Positions 35,097-45,312 are shown, counted from the stretch's first letter. The stretch: DNA of 64,000 nt from Elusimicrobiota bacterium (GCA_016234365.1 JACRER010000031.1:9729-73728), one strand, 5' to 3'. Translations and numbers: made by a program. Notes: generated from the sequence alone by a model not told the origin.

Positions 35097-36467
35097 ATGA
35101 TGAAGTTCCTGCTCGGGGTCTCCCTTATGCTGGGAGGTTCAGGCGCGCTGCGCGCCATGGAACCTCCGGACGGTGCACCGCCTTACGCGGCCGCGCGCGT
35201 GTATCGCGATGGCGTCCAGGCGGATGCCGGCAACATGGAATTTTCCCCGGACCTGATAGAGGGGCTTAAGGCGCGCCTGTCGCCAGACAGCAAAGGCCGG
35301 AACCTTCTGTCCATAAGGCGCACCGGGCTCCCGGCCGAGGGGAATCCGAAGATGCTGGTGCTGCTGATAGATTTCGACGAGTACCCTGCCAGGCCGGGGG
35401 ATACTCCCGAGGTAATGCAGGCCAAGATATTCGGCTCGGGAGGAGCGTTCCCGATGGAGAGCCTGAGCGCTTATTACAGGCGGTCCTCCTACGGGAAACT
35501 CAATATAGAGGGTAACGTGCTGGGCTGGTACCATGCAGGCAGGCGCAGCGACGTGAAAGAGACGGTGGAAGGGCTTGAGGACCTTATAAAACGCGCGCTG
35601 TCCAGTTACAAAGACCACGACTTCTCGCAGTATGATAACAACGGCGACGGCCAGGTAGACTATTTCGCGGTAATATGGACCGGCCCCAAAGGTCCGTGGA
35701 GTTCGTTCTGGTGGGGGAAACTTCGGCCCTTCATAGACAGGTCCTTTACGGTAAGCGGCAAGAGGTTGGGCTCTTTCTCATGGCAGTGGGAGGCCCAGGA
35801 TTGGGATAAGCCCGAAAGTGTTTTTAAGGTGCGCGTATTGCTGCATGAGACGGGGCATGCACTCGGTCTGCCGGACTATTATGATTACAAGCCGGAAGCG
35901 GGCCCGGGCGGCGGGCTTGGCGGCTTCGATATGATGGACGCGGACCGTTACGACCACAACTGTTTCAGCAAATTCATGCTGGGCTGGACGGCTCCGAGGC
36001 TGGTTTCGGGAAGCGGAGAATTCCTGCTCAGGCCCGCCTCGGAATCGGGGGACTGCCTGATGCTGCTCCCGCCAGGCAGGGCCGTTAACCCGTTCGGGGA
36101 ATTCTTCCTGGTGGAGAACAGGCGGCCGTCCGGTAACGATGCGGATAGCAAGTTCCCCGGAGGGGGGCTCGTTATATGGCACGTGGACGCCGCGCTGAAC
36201 GACAAGGGCAACAACTTCCTAAATAATAACCAGGATACCGCCCGCAAGCTGCTGAAGATCCTGGAGGCTGACGGGAAAGAAGAGATAGAACTGGTCAAAG
36301 ACAAAAAATTCGACGTGCAGGATTTTTTTGCGGAAGGTCAGGGCATCGCCCCGGAGACCACTCCGTCCAGCCGGTCCTATTCCGGGGATGATTCCGGGAT
36401 ATCGCTGGTCTCGCTCGGCGGTTCCGGCGACGTCCGCGTAAAAGTATCGATGGCCGGCGGGAACTAG
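35097..36467 (+). CDS. Secreted M6-family (InhA-like) metalloprotease domain protein
   Basis: Signal peptide and a zinc site HETGHALGLPDYYD typical of M6 peptidases. Confidence 0.75.
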   Translation: MMKFLLGVSLMLGGSGALRAMEPPDGAPPYAAARVYRDGVQADAGNMEFSPDLIEGLKARLSPDSKGRNLLSIRRTGLPAEGNPKMLVLLIDFDEYPARPGDTPEVMQAKIFGSGGAFPMESLSAYYRRSSYGKLNIEGNVLGWYHAGRRSDVKETVEGLEDLIKRALSSYKDHDFSQYDNNGDGQVDYFAVIWTGPKGPWSSFWWGKLRPFIDRSFTVSGKRLGSFSWQWEAQDWDKPESVFKVRVLLHETGHALGLPDYYDYKPEAGPGGGLGGFDMMDADRYDHNCFSKFMLGWTAPRLVSGSGEFLLRPASESGDCLMLLPPGRAVNPFGEFFLVENRRPSGNDADSKFPGGGLVIWHVDAALNDKGNNFLNNNQDTARKLLKILEADGKEEIELVKDKKFDVQDFFAEGQGIAPETTPSSRSYSGDDSGISLVSLGGSGDVRVKVSMAGGN

Positions 36468-37387
36468 AACTCCAGGTTGGGGCGGAGGATGAACTGGAAA
36501 CTGTTAGGGGTCTTCATGCCGGCCGGCGCGTTGGAAAGCGGGCCGGAATATTTTTTGTCTGCGGTCCAGACGAAGCCGAGTCCCAGCGTAAAAGCCACGC
36601 GCGAATTCTTCGCCGGGAATTTCTTGTCCAGCACCAGGTAGTGCCGGATGGGCTCCAGCTTCTTCTGTGAAAAATCCGAAACGTACTCGAAGCCGCTGTT
36701 GTGCAGCCAGAAGCTGCCGCCCCGCTCCTTGAAGTCGGTGCGGCTGCGGCGGAAACCTATAAAGAAAGAGTCCGCGATGTGGCGGTTCTCGTGGAACTTG
36801 GCGCCGCCGCGGAAGCTCCAGCGCAGGCTGCGGTCCGCCAGGATCTGCTCGCCTTTAAGCTTGCCTTCCATCTGCAGCCAGTTGTCCCGGACCAGGATAT
36901 TGTCCTTGAGGTGGTGCGTCCCGACGTCTATGAGCAGGCCGGAATAGCCGTTGCGTTTGCCCTGGAAAGACTTGTTGATGGTGTCGAAAGAGACGACGTT
37001 GCCCAGGAAGAACGAGAGCGCCCAAGGTTCCTCGAAGCCGGCCGTGACGGCCTGCACGGCGTTGAAGTTGCTGGTCCACTGCATGTCGTGGTAAAAGCCG
37101 GGCTGGTGGCGCCGTATCAGCGCGCCGGCGTACGGCAGCGGGTTGAGGCTGGCCTCGATCACCAGCGTGCGCGGCTGGTAGAATTTGGTAATGAGTTCCC
37201 GGTAGATCTCCAGTTCGTTCTTTACCTCGAGGTGCGGGATCGGCTTGCCAGTAAGGCTGTTATACATGCCTACGGACGCGTAGTACGGGTCCAGCTCCAC
37301 TTCGAACGTGGTCTTATTCTCGGGGGCGTCCTGTGCGCGGGTCAGGGCCGGGGCGACGAGGAGCAGCAGGGCGAGCAGCGGTTTCAT
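36464..37387 (-). CDS. Hypothetical outer-membrane beta-barrel protein
   Basis: Signal peptide MKPLLALLLLVAPALTRAQD, an alternating strand pattern, and a C-terminal ...ILRPNLEF aromatic terminus. Confidence 0.5.
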   Translation of the reverse strand: MKPLLALLLLVAPALTRAQDAPENKTTFEVELDPYYASVGMYNSLTGKPIPHLEVKNELEIYRELITKFYQPRTLVIEASLNPLPYAGALIRRHQPGFYHDMQWTSNFNAVQAVTAGFEEPWALSFFLGNVVSFDTINKSFQGKRNGYSGLLIDVGTHHLKDNILVRDNWLQMEGKLKGEQILADRSLRWSFRGGAKFHENRHIADSFFIGFRRSRTDFKERGGSFWLHNSGFEYVSDFSQKKLEPIRHYLVLDKKFPAKNSRVAFTLGLGFVWTADKKYSGPLSNAPAGMKTPNSFQFILRPNLEF

Positions 37388-37422
37388 AGGTGATAATTTA
37401 TCATTTTTAGTATACTTTCCCA

Positions 37423-38850
37423 ATGAAAACTGCCCTGACAGCGCTACTCCTGGCCGGCTTCGTGTCCGCCGCGGCGGCCGGCCCGGTGGAAAACAAGATC
37501 AAGGAAATAGCCGCCGCACCCGGGGTGAAGAACGCCTCCTGGGGGCTGAGCGTGCGTGACGCCGCCACCGGCAAGCCCATCGCGGAACGCAACCCCGCGC
37601 TGAACCTGGCGCCGGCGAGTATCATGAAGGTGCTGGTTACGGCCGCGGCGCTGGACAAATTCGGCCCGGAAAAGACTTTCCAGACAAGGCTGTATCGCGA
37701 CGGCGAGATCTCCAACGGTTTTCTCAACGGCAACCTTTATATAAAAGGCGCGGGCGACCCTTCGCTGGGGTCCCAGCTGGTGAAAGGCGCCGTGCCGCTG
37801 GACGACGTGTTCAAGGGCTGGGCCGAAGCGCTTAAGGCGGCCGGCATCCGCGTTATCAACGGGGCGGTGGTGGGCGACGATTCCGCCTTTGAAAGCGTGC
37901 AGCCCGGGTCCTGGGCCTGGGAGGATATCGGCAACTATTATGCCGCGCAACCGTCGGCCCTGACGGTGAACGACGGCCTTTACAAGATCTTCTTCAAGCC
38001 TTCGCAAAAGCCCGGCGACGAGGCCGTTGTGCTGCGGACCGAGCCGTATATCGACGGGCTCAAGTTCGAGAACCATATGAAGACGGGGCCCGCCGGTTCC
38101 GGGGATAACGGCTATGTCTACGCCTTCCCCGGCCAGTACCAGGCCGTGCTGCGCGGCTCTATCCCGCAGGGGCAGCCTGAGTTCGCCATTAAAGGCGCGC
38201 TGCCCGAGCCCGCCATGTTCGCGGCGCAGAGTTTCAGTTATTACCTGGCCAGAACCGGGATAAATTCCAATAAGAAGGCTGTGCGCGGCGCCGTGCCCGC
38301 CGGGGCCGTGCAGCTGGCGCAGGCCCCCGCCGCCCCGCTCAAAGACATCGTGCGCGTCACCAACAAGCGCAGTTTCAACCTTTACGCCGAACTGCTGCTG
38401 CGCCAGCTGGGGGGCGGCTCGCCGGCGGCCGGGATCTCCGCGGTGAGGTCTTTCCTGGGTTCCGCCGGCGTGGACACGGCCGAACTGGATATGGAGGACG
38501 CTTGCGGCCTGTCGCCGCGGGACACCGCCAGGGCGGAGACCTTTGCCTCGCTGCTGCGCGCTGCGCGCGGCAAGGCCTGGTTCCAGGATTTTTACGACTC
38601 GCTGGTCTTTCCGGGCGATCCGGAGGCCACCGGCCACGTGCGCAACCTGGGCAAGGGCACGCCGCTGGAGGCGAACCTGCGGCTGAAATCCGGCTCGCTT
38701 AACGGCGTGCGTTCCTACACCGGGTACCTGAAGACCAAGAAGGGCCGCACGCTGGTTTTTGCCTCGCTGATGAACGGTTACTCGGCGTCCGGCAATTCCA
38801 TAGACAAACTTCACGAGGAGCTGCTGCTGACGCTTTATTCGGCTTACTGA
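37423..38850 (+). CDS. dacB: D-alanyl-D-alanine carboxypeptidase/endopeptidase (PBP4, peptidase S13)
   Basis: SxxK motif PASIMKVLVTAAAL, and the size and architecture of DacB. Confidence 0.85.
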   Translation: MKTALTALLLAGFVSAAAAGPVENKIKEIAAAPGVKNASWGLSVRDAATGKPIAERNPALNLAPASIMKVLVTAAALDKFGPEKTFQTRLYRDGEISNGFLNGNLYIKGAGDPSLGSQLVKGAVPLDDVFKGWAEALKAAGIRVINGAVVGDDSAFESVQPGSWAWEDIGNYYAAQPSALTVNDGLYKIFFKPSQKPGDEAVVLRTEPYIDGLKFENHMKTGPAGSGDNGYVYAFPGQYQAVLRGSIPQGQPEFAIKGALPEPAMFAAQSFSYYLARTGINSNKKAVRGAVPAGAVQLAQAPAAPLKDIVRVTNKRSFNLYAELLLRQLGGGSPAAGISAVRSFLGSAGVDTAELDMEDACGLSPRDTARAETFASLLRAARGKAWFQDFYDSLVFPGDPEATGHVRNLGKGTPLEANLRLKSGSLNGVRSYTGYLKTKKGRTLVFASLMNGYSASGNSIDKLHEELLLTLYSAY

Positions 38851-38864
38851 GCCGGGTGGAAATG

Positions 38865-38899
38865 AAAAAGACCGCGCCGGGCAGGCGCGGTCTTTTTTT
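38865..38899. terminator. Bidirectional rho-independent terminator (dacB / murQ convergent pair)
   Basis: AAAAA-GACCGCGCC-gggca-GGCGCGGTC-TTTTTTT. Confidence 0.8.
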
Positions 38900-38911
38900 G
38901 TCCGCGGCGGG

Positions 38912-39817
38912 TCAGCCCAGGATGTCCTTGAGAAAGCCGCGGGCTTTCTTTATGCGGGCGGCGGCTTCCGGCTTGCCGACGCCGAGCCTGGCCATGACTA
39001 TGGCGGTCTTCACGTCGTTGCCGGTGATGTCCAGCAGGCGCCGCGCTTGCGCCTGGTCTACGCCGCCTACGGTGGCGGTGATGCGCTCCGCGCGCAGCAC
39101 CAGTTTTTTGGAAGTGGTTTTTACGTCCACCATCCAGTTGCGGTAGACCTTGCCGGAGATCACCATGGACCCGGTGGAGAGCATGTTAAGGGCCAGCTTG
39201 GTGGCGGTGCCGGATTTCATGCGCGTGGAGCCGGAGACGGGCTCGGGCCCGACGTCTATGGCTATCCGCACGGAGGCCTCTTTGGCCTTTTCCTTCGGGT
39301 TGCAGGTAAGCAGCACCGTCACGGCGCCGGCCTTCCTGCCTGCGGTCAGGCCGCCCTTCACGTAGGGGGTTATGCCGCTCGCCGCTATGCCTATAACGGT
39401 ATCGCCGCGGCGGGCGAGACGGGAGATCTCCCGCCGGCCCGCTTCAAAGACGTCCTCCGCGCCCTCCTTGGACAGGAAGACCGCGTCGTTGCCGCCGGCC
39501 ATCAGGGCGGTGAATATTCCGGGCGCCACCCCGTAGGTGGGGGGTATCTCCGCGGCTTCCAGCACGCCCAAACGGCCGCTGGTCCCCGCGCCGATGAAAT
39601 AGATCCTGCGCCCGGCCAGGTAGCTGCGCGAGATGGCGCGCGCGGCGCGTTCTATCTGGGGCAGCGCCTTGGCTACGGCCTTGGGGACCAGGTAGTCCTC
39701 GTGGTTGAGCTTTTCCAGGACGCGCCGCAGCGGCACGCGGTCCAGGTCGCGGGTGCGCGGGTTGTTCTGTTCGGTAGGCAGCCGGGAGTAGCGGGTGAAC
39801 GCGTCGGTCTTTTTCAT
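38912..39817 (-). CDS. murQ: N-acetylmuramic acid 6-phosphate etherase
   Basis: SIS domain. TEQNNPRTRDLD and GAGTSGRLGVLEAAEIPPTYG are signature MurQ segments. Confidence 0.9.
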   Translation of the reverse strand: MKKTDAFTRYSRLPTEQNNPRTRDLDRVPLRRVLEKLNHEDYLVPKAVAKALPQIERAARAISRSYLAGRRIYFIGAGTSGRLGVLEAAEIPPTYGVAPGIFTALMAGGNDAVFLSKEGAEDVFEAGRREISRLARRGDTVIGIAASGITPYVKGGLTAGRKAGAVTVLLTCNPKEKAKEASVRIAIDVGPEPVSGSTRMKSGTATKLALNMLSTGSMVISGKVYRNWMVDVKTTSKKLVLRAERITATVGGVDQAQARRLLDITGNDVKTAIVMARLGVGKPEAAARIKKARGFLKDILG

Positions 39818-39821
39818 GTGG

Positions 39822-40697
39822 TCAATCCTGGGAGTATCCTTCCATCGGGGCGGGTTCCTGTTCGGGGTCGGCCGGCGCCTGTCCGGTGGCGTCCGGCGTC
39901 AGACCTGCCGGCGCGGCCGTGGAAACCTCTACAATGTCGGGCAGGCGCGGGTTCTTTACCCAGTCCAGTACGCGGCGTAAATTGTATTTGTTGACCAGCC
40001 CCGGGCCGAAACCTTTTGCCTCCACTATCACCGCCACGTTCTGCTTGCCGCAGGCTATCTGCGCCGTGTGGTTGAGGATCTGGAATTCCGCGTACTGCCG
40101 GGCGCGGTCCGCGCCGGCTATCAGCAGTATCGGCCGCCGGCCGTAGGCGCGCAGGGGGTTCACGGAAAGCACGGAATTGACGTTGAGGACGGGCGACACG
40201 GCCACCACCATGGAGATCTCCGGGTGGATCGCGGCGGCCTTTATGGCCAGGTTCGCGCCCAAAATGGAGCCCACCAGGACCGTCTGCGCGCCGGTAACGG
40301 AATTGGTGGAGAGGAAGGAGATGGCCGCTTCCACGTCGCGCAGCATCTTGTTGAACTCGTTGTCCTGGCCGTCTATGGCGAAAGCGCGCCACGTGGTGGT
40401 GGAGCCAGACGGGGCCACGAAGCTGTTGCCGTGGCCTCGGAGGTCCAGCGCCAGGTAACCGAAGCCGTAGCGCTTGAGCGGCTTGAAGAGCGGTTCCCAC
40501 TCGGTGAGATCGCTTTTCTGCGCGTGGATCAGGACCAGCGTCGGCGCGCCTTCGGCGGCCTTCAGGTAGCGCGCGTTAAGGGTCCAGCCGTCCTCGGCCG
40601 AGAGCGAGACCCGCTCTTCCTCGCGCGCCGGCTCCTGCGCGCCGGCTACGGCGGCAAGCAGGGCCAGCGCGGCGCAGAGGAGGAGTTTTGATCTCAT
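39822..40697 (-). CDS. Secreted alpha/beta-hydrolase-fold protein
   Basis: Signal peptide, LVLIHA......W...........GY..LALDLRGHG pattern, and a non-canonical nucleophile elbow (VGSILGA). Confidence 0.55.
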   Translation of the reverse strand: MRSKLLLCAALALLAAVAGAQEPAREEERVSLSAEDGWTLNARYLKAAEGAPTLVLIHAQKSDLTEWEPLFKPLKRYGFGYLALDLRGHGNSFVAPSGSTTTWRAFAIDGQDNEFNKMLRDVEAAISFLSTNSVTGAQTVLVGSILGANLAIKAAAIHPEISMVVAVSPVLNVNSVLSVNPLRAYGRRPILLIAGADRARQYAEFQILNHTAQIACGKQNVAVIVEAKGFGPGLVNKYNLRRVLDWVKNPRLPDIVEVSTAAPAGLTPDATGQAPADPEQEPAPMEGYSQD

Positions 40698-40710
40698 CGC
40701 TTTGCCGCGC

Positions 40711-41187
40711 TCACTTCAGTATTTCTTCGGGCTTGAACCAGATGTTTATCTCGCGTTGCGCTTCCTCTACGTTGCCGGAGGCGTGCACTACGTTCTCGAA
40801 ATAGCCGTGCTTGCGGCAGATGCGCCCGAAAGCGCCGCGGATGGTGTCGGGAGAGGCGTCCTCGGGGTTGGTGATGCCCACGGCGTCGCGGATGCCTTTA
40901 ACGGCGTTGTCGCCCTGGTAGACCAGCGCCATGACGCGGCGTTTGGGGTCGCCGTGATACTCGCCTTTTATGAAATTTATCAGGTGCTCGAAAAGCTTCT
41001 TGTCCACGAACGGGCCTTTGCCCTCGAGCAGCGCGTAATGCTCGCGCGCCAGCTTGTCCGTAACGGTCACGATCTTCGCTCCTACGAGCTCCAGGTGGGT
41101 GTTCTCCAGCCTGTCGATCGAGAGCCCGGCCAGGTGCCGCTGCATCCCGTCGGGTTTTATCAGCACGAGCGTTCTTTCTATGGCCAT
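40711..41187 (-). CDS. ndk: Nucleoside-diphosphate kinase
   Basis: ERTLVLIKPDG, and the active-site NVVHASG...A.REI..WF. Confidence 0.92.
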   Translation of the reverse strand: MAIERTLVLIKPDGMQRHLAGLSIDRLENTHLELVGAKIVTVTDKLAREHYALLEGKGPFVDKKLFEHLINFIKGEYHGDPKRRVMALVYQGDNAVKGIRDAVGITNPEDASPDTIRGAFGRICRKHGYFENVVHASGNVEEAQREINIWFKPEEILK

Positions 41188-41297
41188 GTCGCCTCCTGGT
41201 ATGATGCCGCCCTGTCATTCTACATTCTTTAGCGGGCGCCGCGCAAAATCCGCGGTTGCCCGGCGGCGGCGGCTTATGATATATTTTCCCGGCGTGT

Positions 41298-41981
41298 ATG
41301 CGCGACAACTTTGAAAAACTCATCGCGGAGGGGGACGCGTTCCGCGCGGACTTCCTTGACGGTTACCGTTACCGGTGGTACAGGTATTCGCCTCATAACG
41401 CGGCCTACGCCAGGTGGAAACGAGCCTGCCTGGCCCTGCTGAAAGAAGCGTTCGGTGCGGGGAGCGCGCACTATTCGGAACTGCTCGCGGCTGAAGCCGG
41501 CCTTTCCGCCCGCGCGCCGGCCGCCGCTTTTTCCTGTTTTCTCGAGACCATGAAGAAGGCCGCGGCCGAATTCCGCCCCGTGCCAGCCGCGCCGGCCTAC
41601 GCCTCGGACCTTGTGGAAGAGGTGCTGGCGCGCGCGGAGGCCCTGGCCGCCAGGGGGCACTATACGTCCGCGGTAGCGCTGGCAGGGACGATCCTGGACG
41701 GGTTGCTGCGCCGCTTATGCTCCGCCCGCGGGGTGCTCTGTCCGGAAAAAGCTCCTCTGGAGAACGTTAACGACAGGCTGCTGGAAGCCCGCGTTTACGG
41801 CCGTCCGCGTCACAGGGAGGCGGCGCTGCGCATAGCCCTGAGGCGCAGCGCGGAGCTCTGCTACACGGACAAGTTGAACGCCCGCAATGTTTCCGAGACC
41901 ATAGCCTGGCTCAGGGCTTTCGCGGCCGAATATTTTCCGGCTTCCAGGGGCGGCCGCCCTTCCGGGCCAGCCTTATTGTAA
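41298..41981 (+). CDS. Hypothetical alpha-helical protein
   Basis: 227-aa ORF with coding-like composition. No family recognised. Confidence 0.45.
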   Translation: MRDNFEKLIAEGDAFRADFLDGYRYRWYRYSPHNAAYARWKRACLALLKEAFGAGSAHYSELLAAEAGLSARAPAAAFSCFLETMKKAAAEFRPVPAAPAYASDLVEEVLARAEALAARGHYTSAVALAGTILDGLLRRLCSARGVLCPEKAPLENVNDRLLEARVYGRPRHREAALRIALRRSAELCYTDKLNARNVSETIAWLRAFAAEYFPASRGGRPSGPALL

Positions 41982-42052
41982 TCTTCGCATCTTTCTTGTA
42001 AAATAATCTATCTTTCCGGTCCAGTTCCGGCCGGCCGAAAGACAGGAGACCT

Positions 42053-42436
42053 ATGTCCAAAGTAATGGTGGTTGACGACGAGAAAGACGTTGTATACCTG
42101 ATAAAGGTGCTCATGGAGCGCGAGAAGCTGGAAGTGCTCGAGGCCTATAACGGCCTGGAGGCTTTCAATAAGCTCACCTCCAAGGAACCGGGCCGCGTCA
42201 TCCCCGACGCTATAATCCTGGACATCATGATGCCGGAAATGGACGGGTATACCTTCCAGTCCAAGCTGCAGGAGATAGAGGAACTGAGCCACATCCCGAT
42301 AGTCATCCTGACCGCGAAAGGCCAGATGAAAGACCTGTTCGAACTTGCCTCCAACATCTTCGCCTTCGTGGAGAAACCCTTCGAGCCGAAGAACCTGGTA
42401 AAGATAGTAAAGGACGCGATAGCCGCAAAAAAATGA
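42053..42436 (+). CDS. Single-domain response regulator (CheY-like receiver)
   Basis: KVMVVDDE...DAIILDIMMPEMDG...PIVILTAKG...EKPF. Confidence 0.85.
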   Translation: MSKVMVVDDEKDVVYLIKVLMEREKLEVLEAYNGLEAFNKLTSKEPGRVIPDAIILDIMMPEMDGYTFQSKLQEIEELSHIPIVILTAKGQMKDLFELASNIFAFVEKPFEPKNLVKIVKDAIAAKK

Positions 42437-43926
42437 ACGAAATACCGACTCCTAATTCAGGCATCAACGAGATAGTCTCCAACAATTACGGCAAGATCAA
42501 GGCCATCAGGGAGAAGGGCATAGACCCGTTCCCGCACCGTTTCAAGACCACCCACACTATCGGGGAGGCCGCCAAGCTCGCCCCGGAAACCCCGGTGACG
42601 ATAGCCGGCCGCATGATGCTCATGCGCGTCATGGGGAAGGCCACTTTCGCCCACCTCAAGGACGGCACCGGCAAGCTGCAGATCTACGTTAAGAGGGATT
42701 CCGTGGGCGAGGAAGCCTACGAGATCTTCAAGAAGCAGATGCACGTCGGCGACTTCCTCGGAGTGGAGGGGAAGCTGTTCCTCACCAAGACCGGGGAGCT
42801 GACCGTGGACGCGGCCAAGATCACCGTGCTGGCGAAGTCCGTGCGGCCGCTGCCCGAGAAGTTCCACGGCCTGACCGATGCCGAATCGCGCTACCGCGAC
42901 CGCTACCTGGACCTGCTGACCAACGACGAGGTGCGGGGCATCTTCCTAAAGCGCTCCCAGATAGTGGCGGCGCTGCGCGAGACGCTCAACGGCGAGGGGA
43001 TGCTGGAAGTGGAGACCCCCGTGCTTTGTTCCCAGGCCGGCGGCGCTTCCGCCCGCCCTTTCATCACTTTCCATAACGCCTACAAGAACGAGCTCTACAT
43101 GCGCATCGCGCTGGAGCTGCCGCTGAAGAAGCTGCTGATAGGCGGCTTCCAGGGCGCGTACGAGATAGGCCGCGTGTTCCGCAACGAGGGCGTGGATACC
43201 CGCCACAACCCGGAGTTCACCATGGTGGAGGCTTACAAGGCCTACTCCGATTACCACGGCATGGCCGCGCTGGTGGAGAAGCTCTTCGAGCGCTTCATCC
43301 AGGTCATCGGCAGCGAGACCGTGGACTACAACGGCACCAAGATCAACCTGAAGCCTCCTTTCAAGCGCCTCAGCCTGCCCGACGAGTGGAAGGTGAAGAC
43401 CGGCGAGGATATCCACAATATCCTGGAAGGCAAGCGCTTTAACCGCCCGAACCTGGTGGCCCTGGCCAAGAAGCTGCACATCGAGTGCGGCCCCGATACC
43501 ACTTCCGCCAAGATCTTCGACCGCATCATGGACGAAAAGATCCTGGCCGACCTGCAGCAGCCGACCTTCGTGTTCGACCACCCGACGGCCATTACGCCGC
43601 TGGCCAAGTGCAAGCCCGGCGACGAGTCGCTGGTGGAGCGCTTCGAATTCTTCGCGGGCACCGAGGAGATAGCCAACGCCTACTCCGAGCTCAACGACCC
43701 GGAGGACCAGAAGAGCCGCCTGGTGGAGCAGCTGCGCCAGCAGCAGGAAGAGAATAACGGCGAGGCGGACATCCTGGACAAGGATTTCATCGAGGCCATG
43801 GAATACGGTATGCCGCCCATGGGCGGCATAGGCATAGGCATAGACCGCGTCACGATGCTCTTGACCGGCAAGCCGTCCATCCGCGAAGTGGTTCTGTTCC
43901 CTCTGTTGCGGCCCGACCAGCAGTAA
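42433..43926 (+). CDS. lysS: Lysine--tRNA ligase (class II)
   Basis: OB anticodon-binding domain and class II motifs (FRNEG, ..GGIGIGIDR). The start overlaps the upstream stop (ATGA). Confidence 0.95.
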   Translation: MNEIPTPNSGINEIVSNNYGKIKAIREKGIDPFPHRFKTTHTIGEAAKLAPETPVTIAGRMMLMRVMGKATFAHLKDGTGKLQIYVKRDSVGEEAYEIFKKQMHVGDFLGVEGKLFLTKTGELTVDAAKITVLAKSVRPLPEKFHGLTDAESRYRDRYLDLLTNDEVRGIFLKRSQIVAALRETLNGEGMLEVETPVLCSQAGGASARPFITFHNAYKNELYMRIALELPLKKLLIGGFQGAYEIGRVFRNEGVDTRHNPEFTMVEAYKAYSDYHGMAALVEKLFERFIQVIGSETVDYNGTKINLKPPFKRLSLPDEWKVKTGEDIHNILEGKRFNRPNLVALAKKLHIECGPDTTSAKIFDRIMDEKILADLQQPTFVFDHPTAITPLAKCKPGDESLVERFEFFAGTEEIANAYSELNDPEDQKSRLVEQLRQQQEENNGEADILDKDFIEAMEYGMPPMGGIGIGIDRVTMLLTGKPSIREVVLFPLLRPDQQ

Positions 43927-43932
43927 GGGCCC

Positions 43933-44064
43933 GGCAGAAGATGCGGGGACCGGGTTAGCAAAACCATCAGAAGGCCGGGCCTTGCTCAAGCGGCCCGGCC
44001 GGATGAGGAGTGAGGGCACGGTGTGCCCGAACGTTTTTGCGTTCCGGTCCCCGCGTTTTCTGCC
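43933..44064 (+). other. 132-nt nested stem-loop element in the lysS-lolC intergenic region (unclassified RNA structure or complex terminator)
   Basis: Closing stem GGCAGAA-gat-GCGGGGACCGG ... CCGGTCCCCGC-gtt-TTCTGCC encloses the hairpins GGCCGGGCC-N10-GGCCCGGCC and GGGCAC-ggt-GTGCCC. Confidence 0.35.
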
Positions 44065-44085
44065 AGGAATTATATTTTCCAGTTT

Positions 44086-45312
44086 ATGTCCACGGAATTC
44101 TTTATAGCGCGGCGTTACTTGCTCGCCAAGAGGAAGGGCCTCTTTGCCATGATCACTACGTTCATCGGCGTGGCCGGCGTGGCGCTGGGCGTGGCCGCGC
44201 TCATAGTGACGCTGGCCATCATGGACGGCTTCCAGTCCGACATCAAGAAGAAGGTCATCGACGCGCAGGCGCATATCACGCTGTACGGGCGCATGCAGCC
44301 CCGCGACCTGGAAGTGGTGCGCGCGGCGCTGGAGCGCGACGGCCGGATAGCGGCTTTCTCGCCTTTCGTGCTGGGGCAGGCCATTCTTACCTTCGACAAC
44401 CGCTCCACGGGCGTGGTGGTGAAGGGCCTCGACCCCGCAGGGGAATTTTCCGTCAACAACCTGAAGAATTCTCTGACGCGCGGTTCCTGGGAACCGCTGG
44501 TGAGCCCCGTCAAGGACGCGCCTGCGGCGTTGGTGCTTGGCGAGGAACTGGCCAAGAACCTCGGGCTCTGGGTGGGCGACGACGCCGTGCTGGTCTCTCC
44601 CCAGGGCGCGGCCACCGGCATGGGCCTGCTGCCGAAGATGAAGAAGTTCCGCGTGGCCGGGCTGGTGCGCACGGGCTATTACGAATTCGACAACACCATG
44701 GCCTACTGCGCGCTGGGCGCGGCGGGGGATTTCTTCGGTTTGGGCGGCGGCGCCAACGGCGGCGGCGTACGGCTGAAGGATATCGGGGCCGCCGGGCCGG
44801 TGGCGGCCGACCTGCGCAAGTCCCTCGGGTTCTCCTACACGGTAAAGACCTACGCCGACATGAACCAGACGCTTTTCGCCGCGCTGAAGCTGGAAAAGTT
44901 CGTGATGACGCTGGTGCTGGCGCTGATCATCCTCGTCGCCACTTTCAATATAGCCTCCAACCTGCTGATGATGAGCGTGGAGAAACTGCGCGACATCGGC
45001 ATCCTGCGCGCGATGGGCGCCGGCCCGGCCTTTATCCGGCGCGTTTTCTTCTGGGAGGGGAACCTGATCGCGGTGACGGGCATAGCGCTGGGCGTGGCGC
45101 TGGGCGTGGGCATCTCCATTTTTATTTCCGTCTACCCGGTGGTGGAACTGCCTTCGGATATTTATTACATAACCAAGGTCCCGGTGGACCTGAAAGTGCG
45201 GGACATCCTGGCTACGGCCGGGGTAAGCTACCTGCTCTGCATGCTCAGCGCGCTCTACCCCGCGCTCAGGGCCTCCAAGGTGAGCCCGGTGGACGCTATA
45301 CGCTATGGATAA
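44086..45312 (+). CDS. Lipoprotein-releasing system permease, LolC/LolE family
   Basis: FIARRYL..KR........I...GVALGVAALIV.L.IM.GF and a C-terminal FtsX domain. Start at MSTEFF; the ORF opens at 44023. Confidence 0.85.
   Translation: MSTEFFIARRYLLAKRKGLFAMITTFIGVAGVALGVAALIVTLAIMDGFQSDIKKKVIDAQAHITLYGRMQPRDLEVVRAALERDGRIAAFSPFVLGQAILTFDNRSTGVVVKGLDPAGEFSVNNLKNSLTRGSWEPLVSPVKDAPAALVLGEELAKNLGLWVGDDAVLVSPQGAATGMGLLPKMKKFRVAGLVRTGYYEFDNTMAYCALGAAGDFFGLGGGANGGGVRLKDIGAAGPVAADLRKSLGFSYTVKTYADMNQTLFAALKLEKFVMTLVLALIILVATFNIASNLLMMSVEKLRDIGILRAMGAGPAFIRRVFFWEGNLIAVTGIALGVALGVGISIFISVYPVVELPSDIYYITKVPVDLKVRDILATAGVSYLLCMLSALYPALRASKVSPVDAIRYG

Noticed and set aside
41298-41981. HEPN/DUF4145-like toxin that might partner the orphan MNT
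   Set aside because: There is only a loose R-x6-H string (RVYGRPRH) and helical character. The canonical RxxxxH helix context cannot be supported by eye, and the gene is 28 kb from the MNT gene in an unrelated context.
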